Source: Dehalococcoidia bacterium
Lineage (GTDB): Bacteria > Chloroflexota > Dehalococcoidia > GIF9 > AB-539-J10
DNA length: 64,000 nt
Assembly (NCBI GenBank): GCA_030612025.1
Contig: JAUWOR010000008.1
Coordinates: 1-64,000, forward strand
Reading direction: 5' to 3'
Part shown: positions 20,479 through 30,928 of the stretch, one piece after another
How positions within the stretch are numbered: the stretch's first letter is position 1
How the letters are laid out: the number at the start of each line of letters is the position of its first letter
Notes under the pieces: generated by a model
The model's input: only the letters and a program-made list of their open reading frames with translations
Databases searched by the model: none
Told to the model about the DNA's origin: nothing
Program-made: the position numbers and the translations under genes

Positions 20479-21009
20479 CTATATCTTTTCTACTCCCAAA
20501 AAATCCAATTCCACAGGCGTTTCCCGGCCAAAAAGCGATAGCAGAACCGTCGCCCTTCCCTTTTCCAAGTTAACCTCCTCCACCTTGCCGATAAAATCGA
20601 TAAACGGGCCATCTGTTACACGAACACTCTCCCCCCTCTTAAAAGCCACCTTAACTTCGGAGGGAGTTTCCTCCGCTCGCTTGAGAATGATATTTGCCTC
20701 TTCTTCAGATAAAGGCACCGGTTTAACACCAGTGCTGACAAAGCCAGCAACGCCAGGAGTATTACGCACTATGTCCCAGCTATGCTCATCCAACTCCATG
20801 CGCACCATAATATAACCGGGAAAAGCTTTTTTACTCATGATACGGCGTTTCCCACCTCTGATCTCAATCTCCTTAGTCATAGGTACTACTACATTGAATA
20901 TCTTGTCGCCGGCATCCATATATTTAATGCGTTGCTCCAAGTTCCTCTTGGCACGCTCTTCCCGCCCAGAAGACACATATAACAAATACCACTGTCCGTT
21001 AGATATCAC
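20479..21009 (-). CDS. nusG: NusG
   Basis: FPGYI, VRNTPGVAGFV, KOW domain, LFGRETPVEL. Confidence 0.97.
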   Translation of the reverse strand: MISNGQWYLLYVSSGREERAKRNLEQRIKYMDAGDKIFNVVVPMTKEIEIRGGKRRIMSKKAFPGYIMVRMELDEHSWDIVRNTPGVAGFVSTGVKPVPLSEEEANIILKRAEETPSEVKVAFKRGESVRVTDGPFIDFIGKVEEVNLEKGRATVLLSLFGRETPVELDFLGVEKI

Positions 21010-21011
21010 CT

Positions 21012-21257
21012 TTAGCCACCTAGAAGCAAATCAGTAAGCAACTTAGTGAAACCATAATCTAAAGCACCTAAAATAGCTCCCACAACAACACAAACAATAA
21101 GAACTATGATACTCAACCTCAAGGCTTCTTGTCTTGTTGGCCAGTGTGCTTTCTTTAATTCCTCTACCGCCTCTGGAAAGAAAGTCAGCCTTGACTTCTT
21201 CTTAGCTGGTGCAGCAATAGGCCTGGCAGCTTTAGCTTTCTTGGCATGACTAGTCAT
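21012..21257 (-). CDS. secE: SecE
   Basis: ELKKAHWPTRQE followed by a TM helix. Confidence 0.92.
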   Translation of the reverse strand: MTSHAKKAKAARPIAAPAKKKSRLTFFPEAVEELKKAHWPTRQEALRLSIIVLIVCVVVGAILGALDYGFTKLLTDLLLGG

Positions 21258-21287
21258 AAAGTTTGCTTCGCTTTGCCCGCAATAACA

Positions 21288-21458
21288 TTACTTCGCTTCT
21301 CGATGAAGGGTATGAATACGGCAACGCGGACAATACTTCTTCAGCTCTAACTTCTGTGGATCATTCTTTTTATTCTTAACAGTGGTATATGTCCTCTGCT
21401 GACATTGGTTGCAAGCTAGATGAATGATTGTGCGTAGCCCCCCCTTCTTCTTGGCCAT
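21288..21458 (-). CDS. rpmG: 50S ribosomal protein L33 (not in ORF track)
   Basis: [56 protein letters not shown]. Confidence 0.95.
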   Translation of the reverse strand: MAKKKGGLRTIIHLACNQCQQRTYTTVKNKKNDPQKLELKKYCPRCRIHTLHREAK

Positions 21459-21460
21459 GT

Positions 21461-22663
21461 TTAGGCACCGACCTTAGAAATCACCCCAGCTCCCACTGTC
21501 TTTCCACCTTCCCTGAGGGCAAAGCGCAATCCTTCCTCCATAGCCACAGGATAGATGGTCTTAATCTTCATATGAGTTAAGCTATCACCAGGCATAGCCA
21601 TTTCGACACCCTCAGGCAGCATTATGCTTCCAGTAACATCCATAGTCCGGATGAAGAACTGAGGTTTATATCCGTTGAAAAAGGGAGTGTGTCTGCCACC
21701 TTCCTCTTTCTTTAATATATATACCTCGGCCTCAGCCTCAGTGTGAGGCTTAATTGCGCCTGGCGCAGCTAGAACCTGACCCCTTTCTATCTCGTCCCGA
21801 TCTATACCTCGCAGCAGCACTCCAATGGCATCGCCAGGTTCTGCCCCGGTCAACGTCTTATGGAACATCTCCAGGCTGACCGCCACCGTTTTTCTGGTCT
21901 CCCTCAACCCCACTATCTCCACCTCATCCCCAGGTTTGATAACACCACGCTCCACCCTCCCCGTGGGCACAGTCCCTCTCCCTTTAATGCTAAATACATC
22001 CTCCACAGACATCAAGAAAGGCTTATCCCTATCTCGCTTTGGCATGGGGATATATTCATCTATGGCATCCAGCAACTTCCATATTCCACCACACCATTGA
22101 CATTCTCTTTTGCCACAGCCACATTCCAGAGATTTAAGAGCGCTTAGCCGCACAACAGGGACTTCATCACCTGGAAAGCCATACTTTTTAAGTAAGTCTC
22201 TAACCTCCATCTCTACCAGCTCTAACAACTCGGGATCTTCCATCAAATCTACCTTATTGAGGGCTACCATTAAGCAAGGAACTTCTACCTGCCGAGCTAG
22301 AAGAACATGTTCCCTAGTCTGTGGCATAGGACCATCGTCAGCGCCAACTACTAGAATAGCTCCATCCATCTGAGCTGCTCCGGTTATCATGTTCTTGATA
22401 TAGTCAGCATGCCCTGGGCAGTCAACATGGCAATAATGACGCTTCTCAGTTTCATACTCAATATGGGAGATGGCGATTGTCAGTCCGCGGGCTTTCTCCT
22501 CAGGCGCATTATCTATGGAATCAAAAGTGCGAAATTGAGTGGGGCCTGCTTTAGATAACACCTGAGTCATTGCCGAAACCAGTGTAGTCTTCCCATGATC
22601 AACGTGCCCTATAGTACCCACATTGATATGTTCTTTAGTGCGCTCATAAACTTTCTTTGCCAT
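21461..22663 (-). CDS. tuf: Elongation factor Tu
   Basis: [29 protein letters not shown]. Confidence 0.99.
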   Translation of the reverse strand: MAKKVYERTKEHINVGTIGHVDHGKTTLVSAMTQVLSKAGPTQFRTFDSIDNAPEEKARGLTIAISHIEYETEKRHYCHVDCPGHADYIKNMITGAAQMDGAILVVGADDGPMPQTREHVLLARQVEVPCLMVALNKVDLMEDPELLELVEMEVRDLLKKYGFPGDEVPVVRLSALKSLECGCGKRECQWCGGIWKLLDAIDEYIPMPKRDRDKPFLMSVEDVFSIKGRGTVPTGRVERGVIKPGDEVEIVGLRETRKTVAVSLEMFHKTLTGAEPGDAIGVLLRGIDRDEIERGQVLAAPGAIKPHTEAEAEVYILKKEEGGRHTPFFNGYKPQFFIRTMDVTGSIMLPEGVEMAMPGDSLTHMKIKTIYPVAMEEGLRFALREGGKTVGAGVISKVGA

Positions 22664-22687
22664 TTTCTGTTAACCTCCTTATCTCAA

Positions 22688-22760
22688 AGCCCACAACCAG
22701 ATTCGAACTGGTGACCCCGTTCTTACCAAGAACGTGCTCTACCAACTGAGCTATGTGGGC
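22688..22760 (-). tRNA. tRNA-Thr(GGT)
   Basis: Cloverleaf; anticodon arm CGTTC-TTGGTAA-GAACG. Confidence 0.95.
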
Positions 22761-22776
22761 ATATTCTACCACATTT

Positions 22777-22863
22777 TGGTGGAGGGGGTAGGATTCGAAC
22801 CTACGCAGCCCAACGGGCGGCAGATTTACAGTCTGCTCCGATTAACCACTCCGGCACCCCTCC
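22777..22863 (-). tRNA. tRNA-Tyr(GTA)
   Basis: GCAGA-CTGTAAA-TCTGC, long variable arm, encoded CCA. Confidence 0.95.
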
Positions 22864-22904
22864 CATCTTTAGTTTACTATAAAGTGCCTAGAAAAATCCA
22901 ACCC

Positions 22905-22977
22905 AGCCCGAGAGGGGACTCGAACCCACTAACCTACCGATTACAAGTCGGTTGCGCTACCATTGCGCTACTCGGGC
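22905..22977 (-). tRNA. tRNA-Thr(TGT)
   Basis: ACCGA-CTTGTAA-TCGGT. Confidence 0.95.
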
Positions 22978-22992
22978 AACTTTTGGCTCGTT

Positions 22993-23021
22993 AGTATAAA
23001 TAAAGGCAATCACAATGTCAA
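22993..23021 (-). promoter_or_regulatory. Sigma70 promoter of the tRNA-tuf operon
   Basis: TTGACA-17 bp-TATACT on the minus strand. Confidence 0.75.
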
Positions 23022-23097
23022 CTAAGCGAGGTATTTGGAAATGCTTTGCTAATTTAGATACAATGCCATCACGGACATTAGAGAAAAAATTTTAGAA

Positions 23098-23694
23098 TTG
23101 CCAACTTACTCTCAAGAGCTCGGGCTTGATTTAAGAAGAGAGGAGGATAGATTCAAATGGTTTCTAGCCTCGATTCTTTTCGCCAAGAGGATCTCCTCTG
23201 GAATAGCCAAAAGGACTTATAAAGAATTTGAAAGGGAGGGAATTGTAACTCCTGAGAAGATTATCGGAAGTGGCTGGGATAAACTGGTGGAGGTACTGGA
23301 TCTCGGAGGCTACGTCCGCTATGATTTCTCCACCGCATCGAATTTGCTTGAAATAGCAGTTAGCTTGAAGGAGAAATATGGTTCATTAGAAACTTTATAT
23401 ACTCAGGCGAGGGATAGCAAAGACTTGGAGAATAAGCTGCTTGAATTTAAGGGCGTGGGGTCAACCGCAGTCAGCATCTTTCTCAGAGAACTAAAGGGAA
23501 TCTGGGAAAGAGCAAAACCACGGCCCTCTCCACTTGCCAAAGAAGTTGCCTCCAAACTTGGACTAGGAGAGAGAGAATTAGAGCTTCCTGGTATAGAATC
23601 CTCTTTGGTGAGGATAAACTTAGAATTTTGCCGGCGTAAGAGGTGCTCTAGCTGCCCGGCAAAGGAGGGCTGTCACGAGCTAAAGATTAGCTAA
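23098..23694 (+). CDS. HhH-GPD superfamily protein
   Basis: FKWFLASILF, GYVRYD, HhH FKGVGSTAVSIFLRE, C-terminal C..C..CP..C. Confidence 0.7.
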   Translation: MPTYSQELGLDLRREEDRFKWFLASILFAKRISSGIAKRTYKEFEREGIVTPEKIIGSGWDKLVEVLDLGGYVRYDFSTASNLLEIAVSLKEKYGSLETLYTQARDSKDLENKLLEFKGVGSTAVSIFLRELKGIWERAKPRPSPLAKEVASKLGLGERELELPGIESSLVRINLEFCRRKRCSSCPAKEGCHELKIS

Positions 23695-23788
23695 GCTCTA
23701 ATTTATATGGGCCAGCAAGTACAGCCTATTGACATTCGCGTCTATACCCATTATTCTGCTACCTACAAGTAAATAAAGGAGTCTAGAG

Positions 23789-23929
23789 ATGCAAGCATAC
23801 TGTATGAAGTGTAAGGCTAAGAGAGAAATCAAGAACCCCAGGTCAGTCGTATTCAAGAATGGGCGCCCAGCAACCCAAGGAATTTGTCCTGTCTGTGGCA
23901 CTAAGGTATTCCGTATTGGCAAGAGCTGA
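23789..23929 (+). CDS. Small zinc-ribbon protein (DUF5679-like; not in ORF track)
   Basis: MQAYCMKCKAKREIKNPRSVVFKNGRPATQGICPVCGTKVFRIGKS, AAGGAG RBS. Confidence 0.85.
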   Translation: MQAYCMKCKAKREIKNPRSVVFKNGRPATQGICPVCGTKVFRIGKS

Positions 23930-23999
23930 ACAGACTCACTGGTAGGCCAACTAAAAAGCCTGGAACCAGTCGATAAACGATGGAAGAGTAGGACAGTGT

Positions 24000-24884
24000 A
24001 TGCGCATTGTCAGAGGCATTTTCTCGGGAATCCTCAGCTTTGTGCTAGCTGTCACTCTGGTCACTCTAGGTATCGTTATCACGGTAAACGTTACTATCCT
24101 CAATCCCAACTTCATCATCTCCGAACTCGCTAAACTAGATATCTATCCGACCATCGCCAATCAAGTAAGAGAGCAAATTCCGGCGGAAGAGCCTTATATA
24201 GCTCAAGTTGTGGATGAAACCATCGCCGACCTTGAGCCCTGGCTAAAGGAGCAGACCGCCACTGTTATCTATAGTGGTTGTGCCTATCTTAAGGGAGACC
24301 AAGAGCTCAATATAGTTATCTCACTAGAACAAGTAAGAACTAGTATCAAGGATAACCTGGAGCAAGCTATACTTGAATCTCCCCCACCTGAGTTAGCAAG
24401 AGCTTCACAGAGCCAAATACAAGCCTTTCTATCCCAAATATATGCCGAAATAGATAGTCAGATTCCACAACAAATCGAAATTAACGAGACATCCCTGGGA
24501 CCGGAGATAACAACACAGCTTCAACAAGCACGGCAAATTGTTAGCTATATCAAGCTTGGCTATAAAGCGCTGATTGGCCTGGCCGCTCTGCTGATACTAC
24601 TTATAGCTTTGATACAATGGTGGCATGTAAAACCTATCGCCCGCTACATCGGTATACCCTTTACTATAGTTGGCATTACTGGCCTTGTGGGTACTATAGC
24701 GGCTAGAAGCCTTATCCCCAAAGCAATCCAATTCGAAATCCCGCCTGAGATTATGTCAAGATTACCTCAGTTAATCGCTGATTTCAGCAGTCCTTTACAA
24801 ATATATAGCGCAGGGTTCCTGGTTGCCGGAATAGGACTAATAACACTTTCTATTAAGCTCAAATCTCCAGGTTATGCCTCTTGA
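24000..24884 (+). CDS. Membrane protein
   Basis: N-terminal TM plus three C-terminal TMs. Confidence 0.75.
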   Translation: MRIVRGIFSGILSFVLAVTLVTLGIVITVNVTILNPNFIISELAKLDIYPTIANQVREQIPAEEPYIAQVVDETIADLEPWLKEQTATVIYSGCAYLKGDQELNIVISLEQVRTSIKDNLEQAILESPPPELARASQSQIQAFLSQIYAEIDSQIPQQIEINETSLGPEITTQLQQARQIVSYIKLGYKALIGLAALLILLIALIQWWHVKPIARYIGIPFTIVGITGLVGTIAARSLIPKAIQFEIPPEIMSRLPQLIADFSSPLQIYSAGFLVAGIGLITLSIKLKSPGYAS

Positions 24885-24889
24885 TAAGA

Positions 24890-24926
24890 TTCACTATAGT
24901 AGCTGCAGGGGCATACCTGCGTTACC
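24890..24926 (-). mobile_element. Putative attR: element arm joined to a comM 3'-half remnant
   Basis: Minus strand GGTAACGCAGGTA-TGCCCCTGCAGCTACTATAGTGAA; the last 24 nt match comM TGCCCCTGCGGCTATTATGGAGAC at 19/24. Confidence 0.6.
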
Positions 24927-25362
24927 TTCCTGCAAGGTGATCCTGAAAGCTCGAAAACCAGTTTCGGCTGCCTATCCCTAGGCATTAAGGACATTAGGCG
25001 ACCATCTAAGAAAAAGGCGGCTTGATCTGAAGCCTCTCCAGAGAGAGGTTGCTCGAAGGATTGGTGTTGATGAGGCCACTGTCTACAACTGGGAAAATAA
25101 CCGAATATCTCCCTCTCTCTGTCTTATCCCCAAGATTGTTGAATTCGTCGGCTATGTGCCTTGTGGTACCTCACCAAAAAGCTTTGGAGAAGGGATACTC
25201 ACCTCTCGTCAATTTCCTGGCCTCAGCCAAAAGGAGTTAGCTCATCGCTTAGGCATCGATCCAAGCACCCTTGGTCGTTGGGAAAGAAATAAAAACCAAC
25301 CTTCGAAAAAGCTCTTGGGGGAACTAGCGACTTCTTTGACTTCCCTCCCTCGAAGCGGCTGA
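24904..25362 (+). pseudogene. Double XRE-HTH regulator with in-frame TAG at 24979
   Basis: GIPALPSC..AYP*ALRTLGDHLRKRRLDL..VYNWE..GLSQKELAHRLGIDPSTLGRWE in a single frame. Confidence 0.75.
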
Positions 25363-25609
25363 GTTTCCCTAAATTTTCCACAAACTCTGAGACAGGGTTG
25401 ACCAGGCATGGTATAATGGACGGTGGCGGGTCGTCTCCGAACATCGGCGTAGAGGTTCGTAGGCGCCTCACTCGGGAACGAAGAGGAAGTAACAGCTTTT
25501 TTGCCCGCGCGGCGGCTGGGCAGACACGTTCCGCTTCTCACTTGAGACATTGCAGCGTTTTCAGTCCCCTTTAGGGCGTATCCCAAGCAAAGTCGATGCG
25601 CGGGCCTTG

Positions 25610-25841
25610 CGTGTCTGTTGTCTCGAATACCTCATGCTTCCCTGAGATTTGTGGAAATGCCGCACTGATGGTCGAACCGCACGATATTGATTAGCTGGCT
25701 ACGAGTATGTGGCAGCTCATAAGTGACGACGATTTGAAGGAGACGCTTAGAGAGAAAGGGTTGGAGCGTGCCAAGATATTCAGTTGGCAGAGGCGCGCAC
25801 AAGAACATTTGAAACTATATCAAGAGCTGTTCAAAGCATAG
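25610..25841 (+). pseudogene. GT4 glycosyltransferase C-terminal remnant
   Basis: VVSNTSCFPEICGNAALMVEPHDID*LA..KGLERAKIFSW. Confidence 0.7.
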
Positions 25842-25937
25842 GCTGAGTGGTGCCTATGGTAGAGTGTCTTCCACCTAGGGTGGGCAAGCACTACAGGTTA
25901 AGCTGCCTACACCGAAGGCATCCTCCTGGAGGTAAGT

Positions 25938-27122
25938 TTGAAGATCGCTTTCATTGCACCTGGTGTTCATCATCAAGCAGGACCAGAAAGAGTCACCGCT
26001 GCACTGGTCGAGAGGCTTTGTGAAGACCATCAGGTTTCGGTTTTCTCTCACACTATCGAGGGAATCGACCTATCCAAAATTAAGCACCATAGGGTGCCAG
26101 CAATTATGCATCCCGAGTTCTTAAGGTACATTTCCTTCCTGGTATCCAGTACCATCATCCTTGCCGTTCTTTCCCTCTTCAGGAAAAGAGACTTTGATAT
26201 CATCCATGGGTATGTTTGTGCTTTTTCCACTGATGTTATCACCTTTCATTTCTGTGAGAGGGAAGGCCTTCGTCTCGAAGAAGCCAACATAATTGAGATA
26301 CCGCATAAGGGTGCATGGCAAAAACTGAAAGCCCTTGACCATAGGATATATCGCAGCTTGGCAGTCTTTGTTGAGGGGCTAATATTCGGCCACAATAGCT
26401 CCAAAGCGCGCATCGCCGTTTCAGAGCGCATGAAAAAGGAGTTCATTCGCCACTACGGCCATGTCGCCAAAAGTATTATCGTAATCCCCAATGGGGTAAA
26501 TTCAAAGATGTTTACCCCAGCCAATCGGTCACTTTATAGGGATTGGGTCAGACGAAAGCACAGCATATCACGTGGCGACTTAGTACTAATGTTCGCTGGG
26601 GGTGATTGGGAGAGAAAAGGAGTGTCTTCTATCATAGAAGCGCTTTCGCTGGTTCCGAGGCCGCATGTCAAACTTTTGATTGTTGGTAGTGGCGATGAGA
26701 AATTCTATGGTCAACTTGCGCAGCAAAAGCAGGTGAGAGAAAGAATAATCTTTGTTTCTCACAGCAAAAACCTTTGGGAATATTATGCTGCTAGTGATGT
26801 ATTCGTTTTCCCTACCATATATGAGCCCTTTGGTCTGGTCATCCTCGAGGCCATGGCCAGTGGCTTGCCTGTAATAACCAGCCGCTCAGCAGGAGCAGCT
26901 GACTTTCTGACTGATGGGGTCGACGCCCTTCTGTTGGGCAATCCGGGTGACATAAACGACTTGGTAGCAAAAATCGAGTTGCTGCTTTCAAACAGCGAAC
27001 TTAGAAAGACGATGGGTGAGCGCGCCAGGGAGACCGCAGAAAAACTTTCGTGGGAGCGGGTAGCTGAAAAAACCCTAGAGGTCTATAATAGGGTACCAAA
27101 GCGGGAGAGGAGGGTAGCGTAA
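25938..27122 (+). CDS. GT4 glycosyltransferase
   Basis: IPNGV, RKG, YEPFGLVILEAMASGLPV. Confidence 0.92.
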   Translation: MKIAFIAPGVHHQAGPERVTAALVERLCEDHQVSVFSHTIEGIDLSKIKHHRVPAIMHPEFLRYISFLVSSTIILAVLSLFRKRDFDIIHGYVCAFSTDVITFHFCEREGLRLEEANIIEIPHKGAWQKLKALDHRIYRSLAVFVEGLIFGHNSSKARIAVSERMKKEFIRHYGHVAKSIIVIPNGVNSKMFTPANRSLYRDWVRRKHSISRGDLVLMFAGGDWERKGVSSIIEALSLVPRPHVKLLIVGSGDEKFYGQLAQQKQVRERIIFVSHSKNLWEYYAASDVFVFPTIYEPFGLVILEAMASGLPVITSRSAGAADFLTDGVDALLLGNPGDINDLVAKIELLLSNSELRKTMGERARETAEKLSWERVAEKTLEVYNRVPKRERRVA

Positions 27123-27130
27123 CAACTAGC

Positions 27131-29131
27131 GTGCTTAGAGACTTACCTGTAGGCAATGGCAACCTACTCATCAATTTCGATACCGCTTACAACATCCGGG
27201 ATATCTACTATCCTTATGTCGGCATGGAGAACCATGCCGGAGGTTGTGTATCACGTACTGGCATCTGGGTTGACGGAAGCTTCGCATGCATTGACAGCCC
27301 CGAGTGGCAGAAGGAAATGACCTATGAAAGCGAGACTCTGGTCACCAGTGTTACTGCCGCTAATCCTGCCCTAGGGCTCACCCTGACCTTTTCTGACCTC
27401 GTGGACTTTCACAGGGACATCTTCTTCAGGCGGGTTGTTGTAGTCAACCACCGAGATCACCCCCGCGACGTACGCCTATTCTTCCATTATGAGCTACGGA
27501 TTCTAGGCAGCAGAATCGGCGATACTATCTACTACCACCCGGGATTGAAAGCGTTGGTGATGTACAAAGGACGGCGTTATTTCCTGGCAGGTGGCCAGGT
27601 GAATAGAAGGACTGGCATTGACGACTGGACAACCGGAAGCACAAGATCAGAAGATAAGTTAAGTGCATGGCGCGATGCCGAAGATGGCCAATTGGGAAAG
27701 GTGCCTCTTACGTGTGGATTCGCTGAGGGAGTTATGGGGCTGTATGACAACGCTGTGCCCGCTAGGGGAAGCTCAACGATTTATCACTGGCTGGCGGCAA
27801 GCACCCGCTTCCATGGAATCGAGGAACTTGATGCCTTGGTTCGCGAGCGTGGACCTGAGTCATTCATTATGCGCACCCGTGATTATTGGCGAGCTTGGGT
27901 GAATAAGGAATCGCTAGACTTTGTCGACCTGCCGACTCCTATATTGGATTTGTACAAACGCAGCTTGCTCAGTATGCGCGTGCAGATCGATAACCGCGGT
28001 GCCATCATCGCTAGCACTGACTCGGACATCACCGAGCTCTCAGGGGATACCTATTCTTATGTGTGGGGTCGTGACGGTGCCTTCGCAGCTAAGGCCCTCG
28101 ACATGGCCAACTATGATGAAGTCAGTCAGCAGTTCTTCGATTTTTGCGCCCATGCCATTACCAGTGAAGGTTACCTGCTTCACAAATATAGCTCTGATGG
28201 GTGTCTTGCAGGCCACTGGATACCCTGGGCAGATGAGGAGGGTAAGCTGCAACTGCCAATTCAAGAGGATGAGACTGCTTTGGTAATATACAGCCTTTGG
28301 CACCATTACAACAAGTTCCGCAATGTGGAATTCATTCGTTCCCATTATCGAAAGCTGGTTAAGAACGCTGCCGATTTTATGCTCAGCTATAGAGAGCCTC
28401 ATACGAAGCTTCCGGCACCTTCATATGACCTTTGGGAGGAACGGCGTGGCATTCACTCTTTTACGGTTGCTGCGGTCTGGGCCGCCTTACAAGCTGCGGC
28501 GAACTTTACAGAAATGTTTGGTGAGGTAGCACTCACAAAACAGTGCCGTCAGGCTGCTACTGAGATAAAGGAGGGTGCTATTGAGTATCTTTTTGACAAG
28601 AGGTTGGGACGCTTCCTGCGCTCGATCAAGGTTGACGGCAATGGTGTGGTGGAACCGGACTACACTATCGATAGCAGTATTTGCGCTCCTTTTCTCTTCG
28701 GGATGCTTCAATCTACTGATCCCCTTATTGAAAGCACGATGGCGGCACTTATAGACAGGCTTTGGTGTAAGACCAAGGTGGGAGGCATGTCGCGCTACGA
28801 GAACGACCGCTACCAGCAAGTCAGTCAAGACATCGCCAATATCCCCGGTAACCCCTGGTTCATCTGCACTATGTGGGTGGCACAATACTATATTGCCAGG
28901 GCTCAATCGGTGGATGATCTCAAGCCGGCCCTCCAGATCCTCACCTGGGCTCAGCATTGTGCTCTCCCCAGTGGTGTACTTGCCGAGCAGGTTCATCCCC
29001 ACAGCAGTGCCCCGCTCAGCGTATCGCCGCTGACTTGGAGCCATGCCACCGTAGTGATAGCAATCCACGAATATATCGATAAGTACCGTGAACTTCAAGC
29101 ACAGCTACACCATAGGGAAAAAGGTACATAG
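27131..29131 (+). CDS. Glycoside hydrolase family 15 (glucoamylase/trehalase-like)
   Basis: GAIIAS, YSYVWGRDG, QEDETA, DLWEER, LAEQV, PLTWSHA. Confidence 0.92.
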   Translation: MLRDLPVGNGNLLINFDTAYNIRDIYYPYVGMENHAGGCVSRTGIWVDGSFACIDSPEWQKEMTYESETLVTSVTAANPALGLTLTFSDLVDFHRDIFFRRVVVVNHRDHPRDVRLFFHYELRILGSRIGDTIYYHPGLKALVMYKGRRYFLAGGQVNRRTGIDDWTTGSTRSEDKLSAWRDAEDGQLGKVPLTCGFAEGVMGLYDNAVPARGSSTIYHWLAASTRFHGIEELDALVRERGPESFIMRTRDYWRAWVNKESLDFVDLPTPILDLYKRSLLSMRVQIDNRGAIIASTDSDITELSGDTYSYVWGRDGAFAAKALDMANYDEVSQQFFDFCAHAITSEGYLLHKYSSDGCLAGHWIPWADEEGKLQLPIQEDETALVIYSLWHHYNKFRNVEFIRSHYRKLVKNAADFMLSYREPHTKLPAPSYDLWEERRGIHSFTVAAVWAALQAAANFTEMFGEVALTKQCRQAATEIKEGAIEYLFDKRLGRFLRSIKVDGNGVVEPDYTIDSSICAPFLFGMLQSTDPLIESTMAALIDRLWCKTKVGGMSRYENDRYQQVSQDIANIPGNPWFICTMWVAQYYIARAQSVDDLKPALQILTWAQHCALPSGVLAEQVHPHSSAPLSVSPLTWSHATVVIAIHEYIDKYRELQAQLHHREKGT

Positions 29132-29329
29132 CCCACTTATCTCGGTCTTTGAGTCTCCTGTTGAACAATTCGGCTTTTTGTTCAAATTAGTCTAGCAAAT
29201 TTGGGAAGAGTTCGTCTTCCGCCAATTCCTAGTAAGGAAATGCTTTTTGGCAGTGCTATTCTCCTCTCTCCTTTATACCTCCAGAGGTGTAAATATTTTT
29301 CCCTTAGTTCTTCAAATGGCTAATATCCC

Positions 29330-29542
29330 CTGGGGCTAGGTCGACGCTGATGTGCCCGGTGGGGGGACTTGCAGCCAGAGTTTCTTATGGCTGACCGCAC
29401 CCTTTCTCTGGCCTCCTGAACCGCCTTGTCTGGCAAGCCTACGATTTGTTAACGAAGGCAACCTAGATGATATGTCAACCTCCACCTCCACCAGGGCTCC
29501 TTCCAGCCCCACCACGGCGCAGCTCAAAACTTTAGCTAGCAT
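29330..29542 (-). pseudogene. comM: comM 5' fragment, frameshifted and truncated
   Basis: MLAKVLSCAVVGLEGALVEVEVDIS, then in shifted frames [24 protein letters not shown] and ISVDLAP; a diverged paralogue of the gene at 16145. Confidence 0.88.
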
Positions 29543-29716
29543 ATCGGGTTAATTACATCAAAGGCTGGTACCCACTAGTAGACATATGGTTTGGTGCTGA
29601 TAACGCATAGCATGGTGGGGAATGTTAGACATTATATCCCTATAGCCAAATCCCTTCTCAAAAGCTGCTCCTATCAAATCTTAGGTTTTTGCCAATACTA
29701 TCTCTCTTTTTCCAAC

Positions 29717-29747
29717 GTTGTAATTACATTCCGCACCGGCAGGGGTT
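29717..29747 (-). mobile_element. comM-hybrid att site copy 1
   Basis: Plus GTTGTAATTACATTCCGCACCGGCAGGGGTT; minus reads AAC CCC TGC CGG TGC GGA ATG TAA. Confidence 0.75.
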
Positions 29748-29819
29748 TTACTACTACAGCGTTTCAGTTACTACAGCATTTCGCCTTACTGGGCTGCTAG
29801 TTCGAAGGCTCGAAGCTTC

Positions 29820-29906
29820 GAACAACGTTTCGCGAATAAAAGATGTTTGCCTTAGCAAATTTGGGCGAGAGTACATAGCACCGTAGCCTTTTAGCCGCCA
29901 TTATAC
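29820..29906 (-). mobile_element. Degenerate integron attC
   Basis: Minus GTATAAT..CGGCTAAAAG..CTCGCCCAAAT..CTTTTATTCG..GTTGTTC; shares CTCGCCCAAAT with the attC at 30232. Confidence 0.5.
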
Positions 29907-29942
29907 GTAGCGAACGAAATAAAATAATCAGCCAGGGAATGC

Positions 29943-30143
29943 CTATTTCCCAAGCACTTTATATACCGGTTTTATTGCTGCTAACACAAAAATTATAGCA
30001 TACCAATACCAATCTAAACTGAGCAGTGGTCCCCAAAGTTTCGCTATCATTAAAATACAACCTGCAACACTCAGTTTCATGAACTGGATATCAATCCAAT
30101 TCAACTTTTTTATTTTTGCATCTGCCAAAGTTCCAAAAGTCAT
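29943..30143 (-). CDS. Small membrane protein (gene cassette)
   Basis: 66 aa, 2 TMs, AAGGAGG RBS, lies between attC sites. Confidence 0.7.
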   Translation of the reverse strand: MTFGTLADAKIKKLNWIDIQFMKLSVAGCILMIAKLWGPLLSLDWYWYAIIFVLAAIKPVYKVLGK

Positions 30144-30231
30144 ATTTTTATACCTCCTTTCTATTTAAATTCAGCCTCTATTTATACTAAAATTCAGGTG
30201 GTTTAAGAATTTGCCTCCCGAAGCCAATTGC

Positions 30232-30701
<470 letters not shown>

Positions 30702-30866
30702 TCACCTCCAGGATATCGTCTAACAGCCATATAAACGAACTCTGGATTCGCCCAGTCCGCTGTGGCTTATCAAATCTTGGCATCTGTCACAGTAGCCGTC
30801 AAGCTAATTGCAACCACAATTGCAGGGCCCCTCATTATCTTCCTAACAGGGCCACTCCCCCCAAAA

Positions 30867-30891
30867 GCTGTAATTGCATTCCAGACGGACA
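30867..30891 (-). mobile_element. comM-hybrid att site copy 2 (degenerate)
   Basis: Plus GCTGTAATTGCATTCCAGACGGACA; minus TGT CCG TCT GGA ATG CAA. Confidence 0.55.
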
Positions 30892-30928
30892 TTTGTGGAT
30901 AATGTGATTGAAGTGTATTTCCTCATTG

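Noticed and set aside
22085-22130. Cys-rich insert [11 protein letters not shown] in EF-Tu as a novelty
   Set aside because: Similar inserts are familiar in EF-Tu of several anaerobic lineages; not specific to this window.
28487-29098. 203-aa antisense ORF within GH15, and other antisense ORFs in the track
   Set aside because: Fully overlap well-supported genes on the opposite strand and show no recognisable motifs.
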